Part shown: positions 35,229 through 45,553 of the stretch, piece by piece
Numbering within the stretch: position 1 is the first letter of the stretch
How the letters are laid out: each line of letters starts with the position of its first letter
Assembly: GCA_018675575.1 (NCBI GenBank)
Contig: JABGXW010000029.1
Span: forward strand, 21,412-85,411
Reading direction: 5' to 3'
Source: Bacteriovoracaceae bacterium
GTDB taxonomy: Bacteria; Bdellovibrionota; Bacteriovoracia; Bacteriovoracales; Bacteriovoracaceae
Length of the DNA: 64,000 nucleotides
Notes under the pieces: generated by a model
Database searches by the model: none
What the model was told of the DNA's origin: nothing
The model's input: only the letters and a program-made list of their open reading frames with translations
Translations under genes and position numbers: made by a program

Positions 35229-37718
35229 TTAATCCAAATAATCTTTAAGTTTAAGGGTAGCTTTTTTGTAATAATCACTATCAGAAGGAGCGATCTGCTG
35301 AACTTCTTGAAATTTTTCTTTTGCATCATTAAATAAACTTAGAGATTCGGAGATCAAAGCCTCTCTATAAATCTTCCGAGATCTAATCGTTAATTTTTCT
35401 CTTATTTCATTCATTTCATTAAGAGCTTCATCATATGTTGGATCAGTTTCTAGAATCTCAGCGTAAACTTCATATGCTCCTTTTAAGTCTTGACCTTCTG
35501 ACAGGGATCTCGCTTTTCCAATCAACGGATTCACAATATCGCTGATTGTTTTTTTGGACTCTTCTAACATTTTTGTTGCATCTGTTACAAGATCTTCATC
35601 CATTTGTTTCAATCTTAAAAAGTCTTCTAGCTTAAGAACGGCTTTGTACCATTCTTTTTTAAGATAAAATGATTTACCAGGAGCTAAGGCATCTACCATT
35701 CGTTTTCTATCTGCCTCTTTTTGAGCTTTTTCAATCGCAATTCTATCTTGTTCTTTTTTCCAAGCTTCTATTTCAATTTTTAATTGTGGGATATCAAAGT
35801 TATCAGGATCAAGCTCTAAAATTTGTGAGAAGAATGCCTCAGCAGCATCTGACTTTCTTTCTTTCACTGCTTTTTGTGCTCGCTTAACAAGCTCTTTAAC
35901 TTTTGCCATTCTTTGTTTTCGATCTATCTCTGCTTGTTGTTTTCGCTCTAGTTCTTCAAGTTTTGAAAGACCTTGCTTAGCAACTTCTCTCAAAGTAGAG
36001 GTTTGTTTATAGTCATTTATATTTGCTTGTTTAAGTTTTAGTTGAATTTTATCAAGTTCAGAGAGTGATTCTCTATATTTCCCCTGATCAATAAACTCTT
36101 TTGCTAAGAGGTAAGTCCCCTCCAGAAACTCTAACTCTTCAGAATTGAATTTTTTAATTAGTTTGTTCTTACTATTTTTTATCTTTTTCTTTTTATCAAG
36201 AAGTCTCGATTTTTCTTCTTTGCTAATAATTTTTTTTACAGGTTTTTCCTCATCTAACATAACCCATAATCCAATCAGTACTACAGCATAAATTAAAAGT
36301 TTCTTTCTTTTTTCTGGGTCCTTTAATTTGTCTGCGAAGGATCCAGAAGATGCCGTAGCTCCAGCGTCTAAAGCAAACTCTCCTCCAGATTTTTCAGCAA
36401 AAAGCTCTCTTACGCTAGTTTTTTCAGCATAATCTTCAGAGACCTCTACAATTTCCTCTACTTCAACCATCTGATTTTCTTCAACCGGCATGAGTCGTTC
36501 AGACTCTTGTTGAATAAGTTCTGAAATAACATGAACTGTAAAGGTTGTACTCCCTATTATAAACTCATCGTTATTGGTCAATCCTGATTTATTAATTCTT
36601 TCGCCATTTAATAACGTACCATTACCAGAATTTAAATCTTCAATAACACATGTAATATTATTTTTCTTAAGAATTGCGTGTTGACCAGATACTTCGGGAT
36701 CATTTAATATGATGTCACATTTTTCAGGATCACGGCCAATTATTGTTTCTGTCTTATCGACAATAAATTTATCAAAGGGAGCTAATTCACCAAAAATTTC
36801 TAACTCAAACCTTGCGAAAGCTGACATAACCTGAGTCTTGTCATCATCACCGTAGGTATCTACTCCGAATTCCTCTTCAGTGTATTCTCCATCTTCAAAA
36901 CCTTCTTCTGCCACATTTCCAGCTTCAAAACCCTCGGTAGCTTCATCCCCGAATAGTTCGTCATCATCTTTTGATTCAGGATCGAAACCTTCTTCACTTA
37001 GGTTGAACATTCCGGTTGGTTCATCAACACTTCCTTCATCATCACTAGGAACCGTGTTAGTTGGTGCCCCATCAATATCAAAATCATCATCAGAGTTATT
37101 TGAATCCCCAAAGTCTGTACTCGTAAAATCAGGACTTTCAGCAAGCTGTTCTTCATCTACAGCAACTTCTTCCTCTGTAGACACAGATTCATTACTGGTA
37201 AAACCAGGGTTATCTATGACCTGGTCGCCCTCACCATTGATTATAAAATCATCTTCCAAAGTATTGTCGGCGTCTCCCCCTGGTGGCGAAGTATCCGAAG
37301 GTTGCTCCATGATCGTGTTTGTCTGATCATTAATATCAGAGGAGGGTAATGTTTGGGTTTCATTACTAAGCATGTCTACTGGTTCCGATATTATTTGAGC
37401 TGAGTTTAGTAATCCAAAGGTATTAATTACATAAGGGCCAATCGTAACAACATCACCATTGTTTAATTCTTTTGAATCTGTGAGAACACCATTTATAATG
37501 AGTCCTCCAAATCCTGACACTTGATTTATTTTCCAACTTCCTGATTTAAAAGAAATTCGAGCATGTTCACGCGAAACCTTTTTATCGTCCAAATGAATAT
37601 GGCAATCCTCGGATCGACCAATATAGAAAGAGATTTCCGAATCATCTAATCCAATGATTTCTGAGGACAAATCGACCTCGTCTAAATGTGTATTATTTTT
37701 GAATACACTTAATTTCAT
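35229..37718 (-). CDS. Double-FHA-domain membrane protein with acidic linker and C-terminal TPR/coiled-coil region
   Basis: FHA 1: IGRSEDCHIHLDDKKVSREHARI...NG. FHA 2: IGRDPEKCDIILNDPEVSGQHAIL...DLNSGNGTLLNG. One TM (LLIYAVVLIGLWVML). TPR-like C-terminus. Confidence 0.7.
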   Translation of the reverse strand: MKLSVFKNNTHLDEVDLSSEIIGLDDSEISFYIGRSEDCHIHLDDKKVSREHARISFKSGSWKINQVSGFGGLIINGVLTDSKELNNGDVVTIGPYVINTFGLLNSAQIISEPVDMLSNETQTLPSSDINDQTNTIMEQPSDTSPPGGDADNTLEDDFIINGEGDQVIDNPGFTSNESVSTEEEVAVDEEQLAESPDFTSTDFGDSNNSDDDFDIDGAPTNTVPSDDEGSVDEPTGMFNLSEEGFDPESKDDDELFGDEATEGFEAGNVAEEGFEDGEYTEEEFGVDTYGDDDKTQVMSAFARFELEIFGELAPFDKFIVDKTETIIGRDPEKCDIILNDPEVSGQHAILKKNNITCVIEDLNSGNGTLLNGERINKSGLTNNDEFIIGSTTFTVHVISELIQQESERLMPVEENQMVEVEEIVEVSEDYAEKTSVRELFAEKSGGEFALDAGATASSGSFADKLKDPEKRKKLLIYAVVLIGLWVMLDEEKPVKKIISKEEKSRLLDKKKKIKNSKNKLIKKFNSEELEFLEGTYLLAKEFIDQGKYRESLSELDKIQLKLKQANINDYKQTSTLREVAKQGLSKLEELERKQQAEIDRKQRMAKVKELVKRAQKAVKERKSDAAEAFFSQILELDPDNFDIPQLKIEIEAWKKEQDRIAIEKAQKEADRKRMVDALAPGKSFYLKKEWYKAVLKLEDFLRLKQMDEDLVTDATKMLEESKKTISDIVNPLIGKARSLSEGQDLKGAYEVYAEILETDPTYDEALNEMNEIREKLTIRSRKIYREALISESLSLFNDAKEKFQEVQQIAPSDSDYYKKATLKLKDYLD

Positions 37719-38718
37719 CTTTAAACTTTCCCATTTCTTTTTCTACGGTTCTAATATTTTTCATTGCATCTTTGTATCTTTCATCTTCTTTATGCGCTTG
37801 TAGTAATCTTACAATTGAACAATAAGAAACCACTGCTGCAGTATATTTCAATCCATCAGCATCCCTTCTTGCTTTTAAAAATGCTAACTCAATTTCTTCA
37901 TCTAGCCTTTGTTTCGAACGCTCTAAATGAAAACTCGCCTTTCCATTATTTGGACTTAAAATAAGTGCTAATTCAAATTGCCGAATTGCTCGAAAATAAT
38001 TACGTTCTCTAAATTCTCGCAATCCTCTATGAATAATAGCATCCAATTTCCTCTGCACTTCCCTTGTTTCAGAAGTTTGCTTTCTAAGTGCATCTTGTAA
38101 ATTTATCTTCGTCGATTTTTCTTTGCTTGATTTTGTTTTTTTTATAACGGGGGGAGGAGTGTCCTCATCCAAGACAACCCAGATAACTAACGCCGCAACA
38201 ATAATTATCATAATACGTTTGCGACCGGCATCGGCTTGCTTCTTTCTATTCTTACTTTTTTTCTTCTTTTTCTTCTCATTTAATAATCTACGTTCTTCCT
38301 CTTCCTCTTCATCTTCATCTTCATCATCTTCATCCTCATCATCAACAAGGGCCAATTCTTTTGCTTGAATATCAAATCGATTAAATTTATATACTGTGGC
38401 GCCAATGATAATCTTATCGCCATCAATGAGACTATGTTGGGTGATTTTTAAATCATTAATAATCAACCCATTTTGTGAAGCAAGATCAGTCACAATATAG
38501 CGGCCATTATTTAAAATAAGCTCTGCGTGCTCTCTAGAAGATTTGATATCCAGTACTTGGATATCCGCAGTTTCACCTCTTCCCATTATAACTCTGTTAC
38601 CAGTCAGATAATAAGAACTTCCCTTGTTTTTGCCTGTCATACAAAGAAGCCGATAATGAAGTCCGACCTCCTCAGGGGGAAGCATATTTCTAATTAATTT
38701 GACATTAAGTGCGCTCAT
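37693..38718 (-). CDS. FHA-domain membrane protein with charge-block linker and TPR-like C-terminus
   Basis: FHA: MGRGETADIQVLDIKSSREHAEL...DLASQNGLIIN. Acidic run DDEDEDDEDEDEEEEEE, then KKKKKKSKNRKK, then one TM. Confidence 0.7.
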   Translation of the reverse strand: MSALNVKLIRNMLPPEEVGLHYRLLCMTGKNKGSSYYLTGNRVIMGRGETADIQVLDIKSSREHAELILNNGRYIVTDLASQNGLIINDLKITQHSLIDGDKIIIGATVYKFNRFDIQAKELALVDDEDEDDEDEDEEEEEERRLLNEKKKKKKSKNRKKQADAGRKRIMIIIVAALVIWVVLDEDTPPPVIKKTKSSKEKSTKINLQDALRKQTSETREVQRKLDAIIHRGLREFRERNYFRAIRQFELALILSPNNGKASFHLERSKQRLDEEIELAFLKARRDADGLKYTAAVVSYCSIVRLLQAHKEDERYKDAMKNIRTVEKEMGKFKDEIKCIQK

Positions 38719-38727
38719 AACTATCTG

Positions 38728-40293
38728 CTAATCCTTTATAAAAGTGATATAAAAGGCCTTTGCAAAATTATCGACTCCCATCAACGCCGTGACACAAATT
38801 TTATAGTCAATTCCCTGTAATTCATAACGCCCCTCCTGTAAGTAGCCGCTATTACTGGCACTTCCATCGCACAGCTCGATGCAAGTTGCTCCAAAACCTT
38901 TTTCCCTAGAAACATCCAGTAAGCTCATATCAGAAGCTGCTGATTCTCTTATTCCGGTAAGGTCTTCACCTTCGAGATTTATATATTTCAGGTTTTTTTC
39001 TGAATTTAGAACCATAGTCGCTGTACCAGAACCTGCCATGAACTCTTTTAATAAAGAAACGTATTTTTCATCTGACTCAGCCTCTCCAAATTCATCGACT
39101 TCTTCATTTTGAAGTTCTCTATTTCTTTGTAGAATTGAATTAATTGAATCTCTTAATCCATCGAGCTCACTCATAAGATAACGACTTTTAAGATTTCTTC
39201 TTCGACCCCTCAGTGCGTCTTCAATCTGAAATTTTAGCTCTTCCAAAGGTCTGACTGTCATATAGTAGACAATTCCAAAGAAAATAATCGCGACAAGCAT
39301 AGATGTGACTATTGATTCTAAATAGGCTTTTTGTGATTTTGTAGCTTCAACAGCTAGTGATTTTGGAGCGAATCGAATCGCAATAATTCCCACGGCTTCG
39401 AAAACACCGATCTTTGCATTATAGGCCATGATTTTTTTACCAATTCCAATTTCATCACCAGATAAAATCTTCTTATAAACTTTTTTACCATTATCATCAC
39501 TGGTTTTTAAAGCCCACTCTCTCACCTGAACAGATAATGGTTCTGAAATATAGTCATTTAGTTTTTCTAGCGGTCTAACAATTCTTCCTTCAAGGTCAAA
39601 TAGTTGATAAGTTTGTACACCATCTTCTTGATTTAGAAACTCTGTATTAACCTGGTCTAAGTTTTTTGACTCTAGTGCTCTCGCATTCATTCTACCAATT
39701 TCTTCCGCATAATGTGCCCCTCTTTTTGCTGTTTCATATAGTAGAATATTTTTAGTCGATTGAAGAACTGGTGTAATGATGAGAATCACAGATGTAATAA
39801 TAAAAACAGTTAATATAATTCCAAATAAAATTCGCCACTCGTATTCTTCATTAATACCATGGACAATTCTCATGAGTTTATATTTAAATAAATGAAGTAT
39901 TTTTCCAGGCAAGTTATCAGGAGCGACTCCTCCATCTAGAAAAGACTCTTCATCTTCTTCTTCGTCCTCCTCAGAAACTACTTTGTGAATCAATATCTTT
40001 TTTTCTTCGACATATACAACCTGCATAATCAAATGAGGTAAGGTTATTTTGTCCCCATTCTTTGCAGTTGCCCTTTTAATTATTTTACCATTTAAGAAGG
40101 TTCCATTTGAACTATCGAGATCAACAATATAAGCAACATCATCTGTAACTGTGATATTCATATGTTTTTTTGAAATTCCATCGATGGTCAAAATGATGTC
40201 GCACTCATCTGATTTTCCAAAGATTGTTTCTCCGTCTTCTAAAACGAACTCTTGACCTCTTAACTTTCCACCAATTACTACTAATTTATACAT
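38728..40293 (-). CDS. FHA-domain bitopic sensor-like protein (FHA, TM, extracytoplasmic segment, TM, HAMP/PAS-like C-terminus)
   Basis: FHA: FGKSDECDIILTIDGISKKHMNI...DLDSSNGTFLNG. Two TM segments flank about 150 aa. The C-terminal ATMVLNSEKNLKYINLEGEDLTGI is PAS-like. Confidence 0.65.
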   Translation of the reverse strand: MYKLVVIGGKLRGQEFVLEDGETIFGKSDECDIILTIDGISKKHMNITVTDDVAYIVDLDSSNGTFLNGKIIKRATAKNGDKITLPHLIMQVVYVEEKKILIHKVVSEEDEEEDEESFLDGGVAPDNLPGKILHLFKYKLMRIVHGINEEYEWRILFGIILTVFIITSVILIITPVLQSTKNILLYETAKRGAHYAEEIGRMNARALESKNLDQVNTEFLNQEDGVQTYQLFDLEGRIVRPLEKLNDYISEPLSVQVREWALKTSDDNGKKVYKKILSGDEIGIGKKIMAYNAKIGVFEAVGIIAIRFAPKSLAVEATKSQKAYLESIVTSMLVAIIFFGIVYYMTVRPLEELKFQIEDALRGRRRNLKSRYLMSELDGLRDSINSILQRNRELQNEEVDEFGEAESDEKYVSLLKEFMAGSGTATMVLNSEKNLKYINLEGEDLTGIRESAASDMSLLDVSREKGFGATCIELCDGSASNSGYLQEGRYELQGIDYKICVTALMGVDNFAKAFYITFIKD

Positions 40294-40628
40294 ACTGCCT
40301 CTAAGTTATCACCTATTTTTAAATTTCCAGGTAAGAATCCTCCACTGAACTCTAAACATTGTGTGGCTGTAAAATACATCAACGTCACTCTCCAGGGTTT
40401 TATATTTTTAATAATCTTTACAATCTTTAATTTCTTATCTAAAAACATCACATCAATTGGATATTTCATAAAACATGTATGAATTGATTTGCATGGCCTT
40501 ATCCACAAACAATCAAATCCATCCAAAGACTTACTAAACATTAATCCCACTGTTCTCAAATATATTGTGTCAGCCATTTTTACTTTTTCTGCAATGACTT
40601 GATCACCCTTTGTAAGTTTCATCAACAT
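40281..40628 (-). CDS. DUF192-family protein
   Basis: 115 aa. ADT...R.VGLMF ... M..T..PIDV.FLD pattern typical of DUF192/COG1430. Confidence 0.55.
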   Translation of the reverse strand: MLMKLTKGDQVIAEKVKMADTIYLRTVGLMFSKSLDGFDCLWIRPCKSIHTCFMKYPIDVMFLDKKLKIVKIIKNIKPWRVTLMYFTATQCLEFSGGFLPGNLKIGDNLEAVCIN

Positions 40629-40629
40629 T

Positions 40630-41532
40630 CTATTGATCCTCTAAGAATTGAAGGACTAGAGGTGCCGCTACAATTAAGAAAACAGCGGGAACGATTAGAA
40701 ACATCATTGGAAAAAGGATTTTTGTAGCAGCTGTAGCCCCAGCTTTTTCAACCTCAGCTGATTTTTTCTGCCTTATTTCCATAGACAAGGCTTTTAGGAT
40801 TGGACCGATTGAAGCACCAACCGAGTCTGCTGCAATCAAGGTTGCACAAAAAGAAGACATGGTAATCATATTAATTCTCCATGCCATATTTCTCAAAGCT
40901 TCTGCCCGACTTGCACCAACCTTTATTTCTTTAAGTAAAATTGTGAATTCTTCATTGAGAGCAGAAGGTTTTGCTTTTTCTACAACCTTAGTCATAGCTG
41001 CAATAAAATCGAGACCTGCTTCAACGGAGAGAGCAAGCATGTCTACAGCAAAAGGCATATTCATCGTCACATCTTTTCTTCGCTGTTCGATCTTTCCACT
41101 TATCCAAATATTTGGATAAATATAACCCACAATCGCGATAACGGGAATTAGTCCAAGATCCCAAGTTTCTTCAAGGAATGTTCTTAATGCCATAAACATG
41201 ATGGGAAATCCTAAAATTAAAAACAATTTAAAAGAATAAAAATCCTCAGGCGTGAGATATTCTGTTAATCCACTACTTGCCAATTTTCTCCGATAAGCTT
41301 TCTTAAATTTAGACTTTGCCTTCATCTGTGCAACCATTGGTGAAGCATACCGCTTAAAAAATGGACGAGAATATTTTAAGATAATTCCATGATTATCTAC
41401 GGCCTTTTTACTTGATACATCCGCATCTTCAATCTTTTCTTGGGCCTTGAATTCTTCTTCATCTTGAAACATCGTGTTCGTGATAATAAAAATAGCAATC
41501 CCAATAAATACAATAGCTGCCCACATTAACAT
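40630..41532 (-). CDS. Type II secretion system F-domain protein (TadB/TadC-type pilus platform protein)
   Basis: 300 aa with an N-terminal TM, a cytoplasmic helical T2SSF domain (MPFAVDMLALSVEAGLDF, RAEALRNMA) and two C-terminal TMs. This is the single-domain Tad-type architecture. Confidence 0.7.
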   Translation of the reverse strand: MLMWAAIVFIGIAIFIITNTMFQDEEEFKAQEKIEDADVSSKKAVDNHGIILKYSRPFFKRYASPMVAQMKAKSKFKKAYRRKLASSGLTEYLTPEDFYSFKLFLILGFPIMFMALRTFLEETWDLGLIPVIAIVGYIYPNIWISGKIEQRRKDVTMNMPFAVDMLALSVEAGLDFIAAMTKVVEKAKPSALNEEFTILLKEIKVGASRAEALRNMAWRINMITMSSFCATLIAADSVGASIGPILKALSMEIRQKKSAEVEKAGATAATKILFPMMFLIVPAVFLIVAAPLVLQFLEDQ

Positions 41533-41676
41533 GGGTATTTCTCCTATTCTTAAATACTTGCATTATAATGATGCACCTATATATAGATTACCAAATAGTA
41601 GAGAGTTTGCTTCAAAGTGGTAAATTTATCCAATTTTCAGAGAGATAGCTCGATTTAAAATGTGTCTTTTTTGTGG

Positions 41677-42756
41677 TTATTCTTGAGAAATAAACTCAAT
41701 CTTTTCATGGACTTCTTTTATAAGATTCTCTGAAGACTTGATGCCTACTACCTTATTGATATCTGGAATATAATTGGGAGTATATTCAGATAAATAGGTT
41801 TTTTTGCATTCTAATATCCGATCATACTTCTTCTTTACTTGATCAACCTTAAGAGTTTTATTTTTAACCGCCTCTTTTAGGCCCTCGAGTCCAAGTTTTG
41901 CATGATTCATATCACGATATTCGATTATATCTGCTCCAGCAATAATTGCCATGGCGGCAGCATCACTTGTTGAATATCTATCAGCTATGGCCTTCATTTG
42001 CATGTCGTCGGTAATTATTAATTTTGTAAAACGTAATTCATCTCGAAGAAGATCATAGGCTTTTGAACTTAAAGAACAGGGAAGTTCAGGATCTAATCCT
42101 TCAATTATTACATGGGCCATCATGACAAATTCAACTCGGGCTTTTATAGCTTTTACAAAAGGTGGAAGGTCCATGCTTTTTAGGTCTTCCATATTTTTTT
42201 TAATAATTGGTAAATTAAAATGTGAATCAATTGAAGTATCACCATGACCTGGAAAATGTTTCGCACAGGCCAAGACTCCATTAGTTTGTAATCCTCGGAT
42301 AGCAGATGAAACAAAGGCCGAAACTTTTCCCGGATCAGAGCCAAAGGCCCTATCACCAATAACTTTATTATCTTTATTACTTAAAACGTCACAAACAGGG
42401 GACAGGTTTACATTAACTCCACAGATGGCCAATTCTTCTGCCATAAGTTTTAAAACTTTGAAACAAAGTTTTGGTGATTCAGTTTTAGCAAGCTCTAGCA
42501 TTGCTGGAATTTTAGTGAAGTGATTTTTAAACCTTACGACTCGCCCTCCTTCATGGTCTACTGCTATAAACAAAGGATATTCTTCTCTGAGCGCCTGGAT
42601 ACTGTTTACTAATTCTGCTAATTGCGCAGGTGATTCGTAGTTTTCACTAAATAAAATAACCCCACCAATATTTTCTTTTTCAATAAAATTCTTCTCTTCA
42701 TCTGTGAGTATAGTTCCACTTATGCCAGTAAATACTAATTGTCCAAGATTACTCAA
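41677..42756 (-). CDS. nagZ: Beta-N-acetylhexosaminidase (GH3, NagZ)
   Basis: GGVILF, DHEGGRV, KHFPGHGDTSIDSH, ITDDM motifs. Confidence 0.85.
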   Translation of the reverse strand: MSNLGQLVFTGISGTILTDEEKNFIEKENIGGVILFSENYESPAQLAELVNSIQALREEYPLFIAVDHEGGRVVRFKNHFTKIPAMLELAKTESPKLCFKVLKLMAEELAICGVNVNLSPVCDVLSNKDNKVIGDRAFGSDPGKVSAFVSSAIRGLQTNGVLACAKHFPGHGDTSIDSHFNLPIIKKNMEDLKSMDLPPFVKAIKARVEFVMMAHVIIEGLDPELPCSLSSKAYDLLRDELRFTKLIITDDMQMKAIADRYSTSDAAAMAIIAGADIIEYRDMNHAKLGLEGLKEAVKNKTLKVDQVKKKYDRILECKKTYLSEYTPNYIPDINKVVGIKSSENLIKEVHEKIEFISQE

Positions 42757-42828
42757 TTATTTCTCCCTGATGCTACTTAATAATTTCCTACGATTCAGCT
42801 TCTATAGGTCACCTTTTTCATTCTTAAA

Positions 42829-43602
42829 TCAATGTTTTTTTGTAATAGAAAGACCCTGAGACACCCAAAACATCTTTGATAAATTATTTTTATTATCAAT
42901 AAAGTAAAAGATAGATTGTCCCGAAAACTTTAATGTGAATCTCCTTTCTCCATTACTATTTTTTCCATCATATTCTAAAGAGGCATTTGAAAAAACCTCA
43001 TTTGGCATATTAAGATATTGTTCCTGAAAATAAGGATAGCCTGCCCAGATGACAAGTATCTTCATAGAGCCGGCTTGTCTCTTTGTTGCTTCATCAAGAA
43101 ATCCCGTTAGATTTGCACATTCAATCACCTGAGAAAAATAACAATAGACACCAGTCATTGGCGGAAATTTCAGCCTCGATTCTCCCTGCCATTGTTTTTC
43201 GGGTGAGTTTAATTTAATAAGCATAGATTTATCTTTGGGCGATATTTCCATTTCTGTAAAATATTTTTTCTTTTCAAACCAAACAGTATACTGAGAAATA
43301 CTTGGACGCATGACATTTACACCTTTCACAGATCCTGGAGTAGAGATGACGATACTTTTTTCGAGTAATTTTCTATCTGAGTTATAAGAAAAAATTTGTC
43401 GTTTGGTAATATACTGATTTTTAGACTTTATGTAGCCAGACTCTCTTCTTAATTCAAACTTTCCCGACTTATCAACGAGGTTGAAAGTAGTGACAATTGC
43501 CCCTCCACTAAGTGTCTTATCTTTTCTTAATGCCCTACTGAAAAATCCACAAGAGCTTATTTGAAAACAAATGAGAAGACGAATGAGAAAATTAGTCCTC
43601 AT
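42829..43602 (-). CDS. Hypothetical secreted protein or lipoprotein
   Basis: Hydrophobic leader with a possible lipobox (ISS-C). No family motif recognised. Confidence 0.35.
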   Translation of the reverse strand: MRTNFLIRLLICFQISSCGFFSRALRKDKTLSGGAIVTTFNLVDKSGKFELRRESGYIKSKNQYITKRQIFSYNSDRKLLEKSIVISTPGSVKGVNVMRPSISQYTVWFEKKKYFTEMEISPKDKSMLIKLNSPEKQWQGESRLKFPPMTGVYCYFSQVIECANLTGFLDEATKRQAGSMKILVIWAGYPYFQEQYLNMPNEVFSNASLEYDGKNSNGERRFTLKFSGQSIFYFIDNKNNLSKMFWVSQGLSITKKH

Positions 43603-44471
43603 TATTTTATAAAATCTTCAAAATCTTTTTGATCTTTTTCTGTAGATCCATTTTCATCGATCTTGTCTTTTATTTTCCTTCTGAGATCATGATTATGATC
43701 AAACTCAAAACCAATTTTTGACATAGGAACTAAACCCGAGCGTGGATTTACATAGTCGACATTATAGATTATTTTTGCTTTTCGAAGATTAAAAACTTCT
43801 CCTTCGAATAGTAATGTCATTTCAAAGGTTTTATCAGAATCTTTAAAGTATAATTTTTCACTCTCGCTTGAAATAAAAGCTATTCCCTTATACGAGACAT
43901 CTAAAACTCGAAAGCCAATGAGCTCCTCTTTAATTTCAGAATCAACAGAATCTTGCAGTTTTAAAATTTCATCATCAGTTAGTTTCTTAAACTTCTGAAA
44001 GACTTGGTGATTTGATTCAATTTGTTTATTAATAAAGATCAAATTGGATTCATTCGAATCGACACTCAACTTGAAATAAGTATAAACATGAAAGTGAGGG
44101 TAAGTTAATAATCTCTCATTTCCTCTTTTTTCAATTTTAAAAACATGAGGACTAAGTTCTAACCAAAAATCTTCATTGCCCAAGACTTCGACAACTTTTC
44201 CTTTGGTATAATAATCTATTCCACGGATATTAAATTGTACGAGTAAATCTTTAGGCTTCCAATCGTCAGAAATATTGCCATTTCTCAATCGCAATTGCTG
44301 AGTTCTCTCACCCTCTGCATCATCACCATGGCTATTTATTACCTTGCAAAGGTCTGGAGAATCTCCCTTCGCCCAAATCTTCACCTCTCCAGAATCTGTA
44401 ACAAGAGTAGATATGCGACTACTAAGCTCACTCCATTCCAACTCTACAAAGTTTGAATTATCCTTATTCAT
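43602..44471 (-). CDS. Hypothetical protein, tentatively PilZ-like
   Basis: RGNER (RxxxR) and LDVSYKGIAF (DxSxxG) are both present. They lie about 70 aa apart rather than the canonical 20-30 aa, so the call is weak. Confidence 0.3.
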   Translation of the reverse strand: MNKDNSNFVELEWSELSSRISTLVTDSGEVKIWAKGDSPDLCKVINSHGDDAEGERTQQLRLRNGNISDDWKPKDLLVQFNIRGIDYYTKGKVVEVLGNEDFWLELSPHVFKIEKRGNERLLTYPHFHVYTYFKLSVDSNESNLIFINKQIESNHQVFQKFKKLTDDEILKLQDSVDSEIKEELIGFRVLDVSYKGIAFISSESEKLYFKDSDKTFEMTLLFEGEVFNLRKAKIIYNVDYVNPRSGLVPMSKIGFEFDHNHDLRRKIKDKIDENGSTEKDQKDFEDFIK

Positions 44472-44494
44472 TTACAACGCCTCCAATACATTTA

Positions 44495-45553
<1,059 letters not shown>

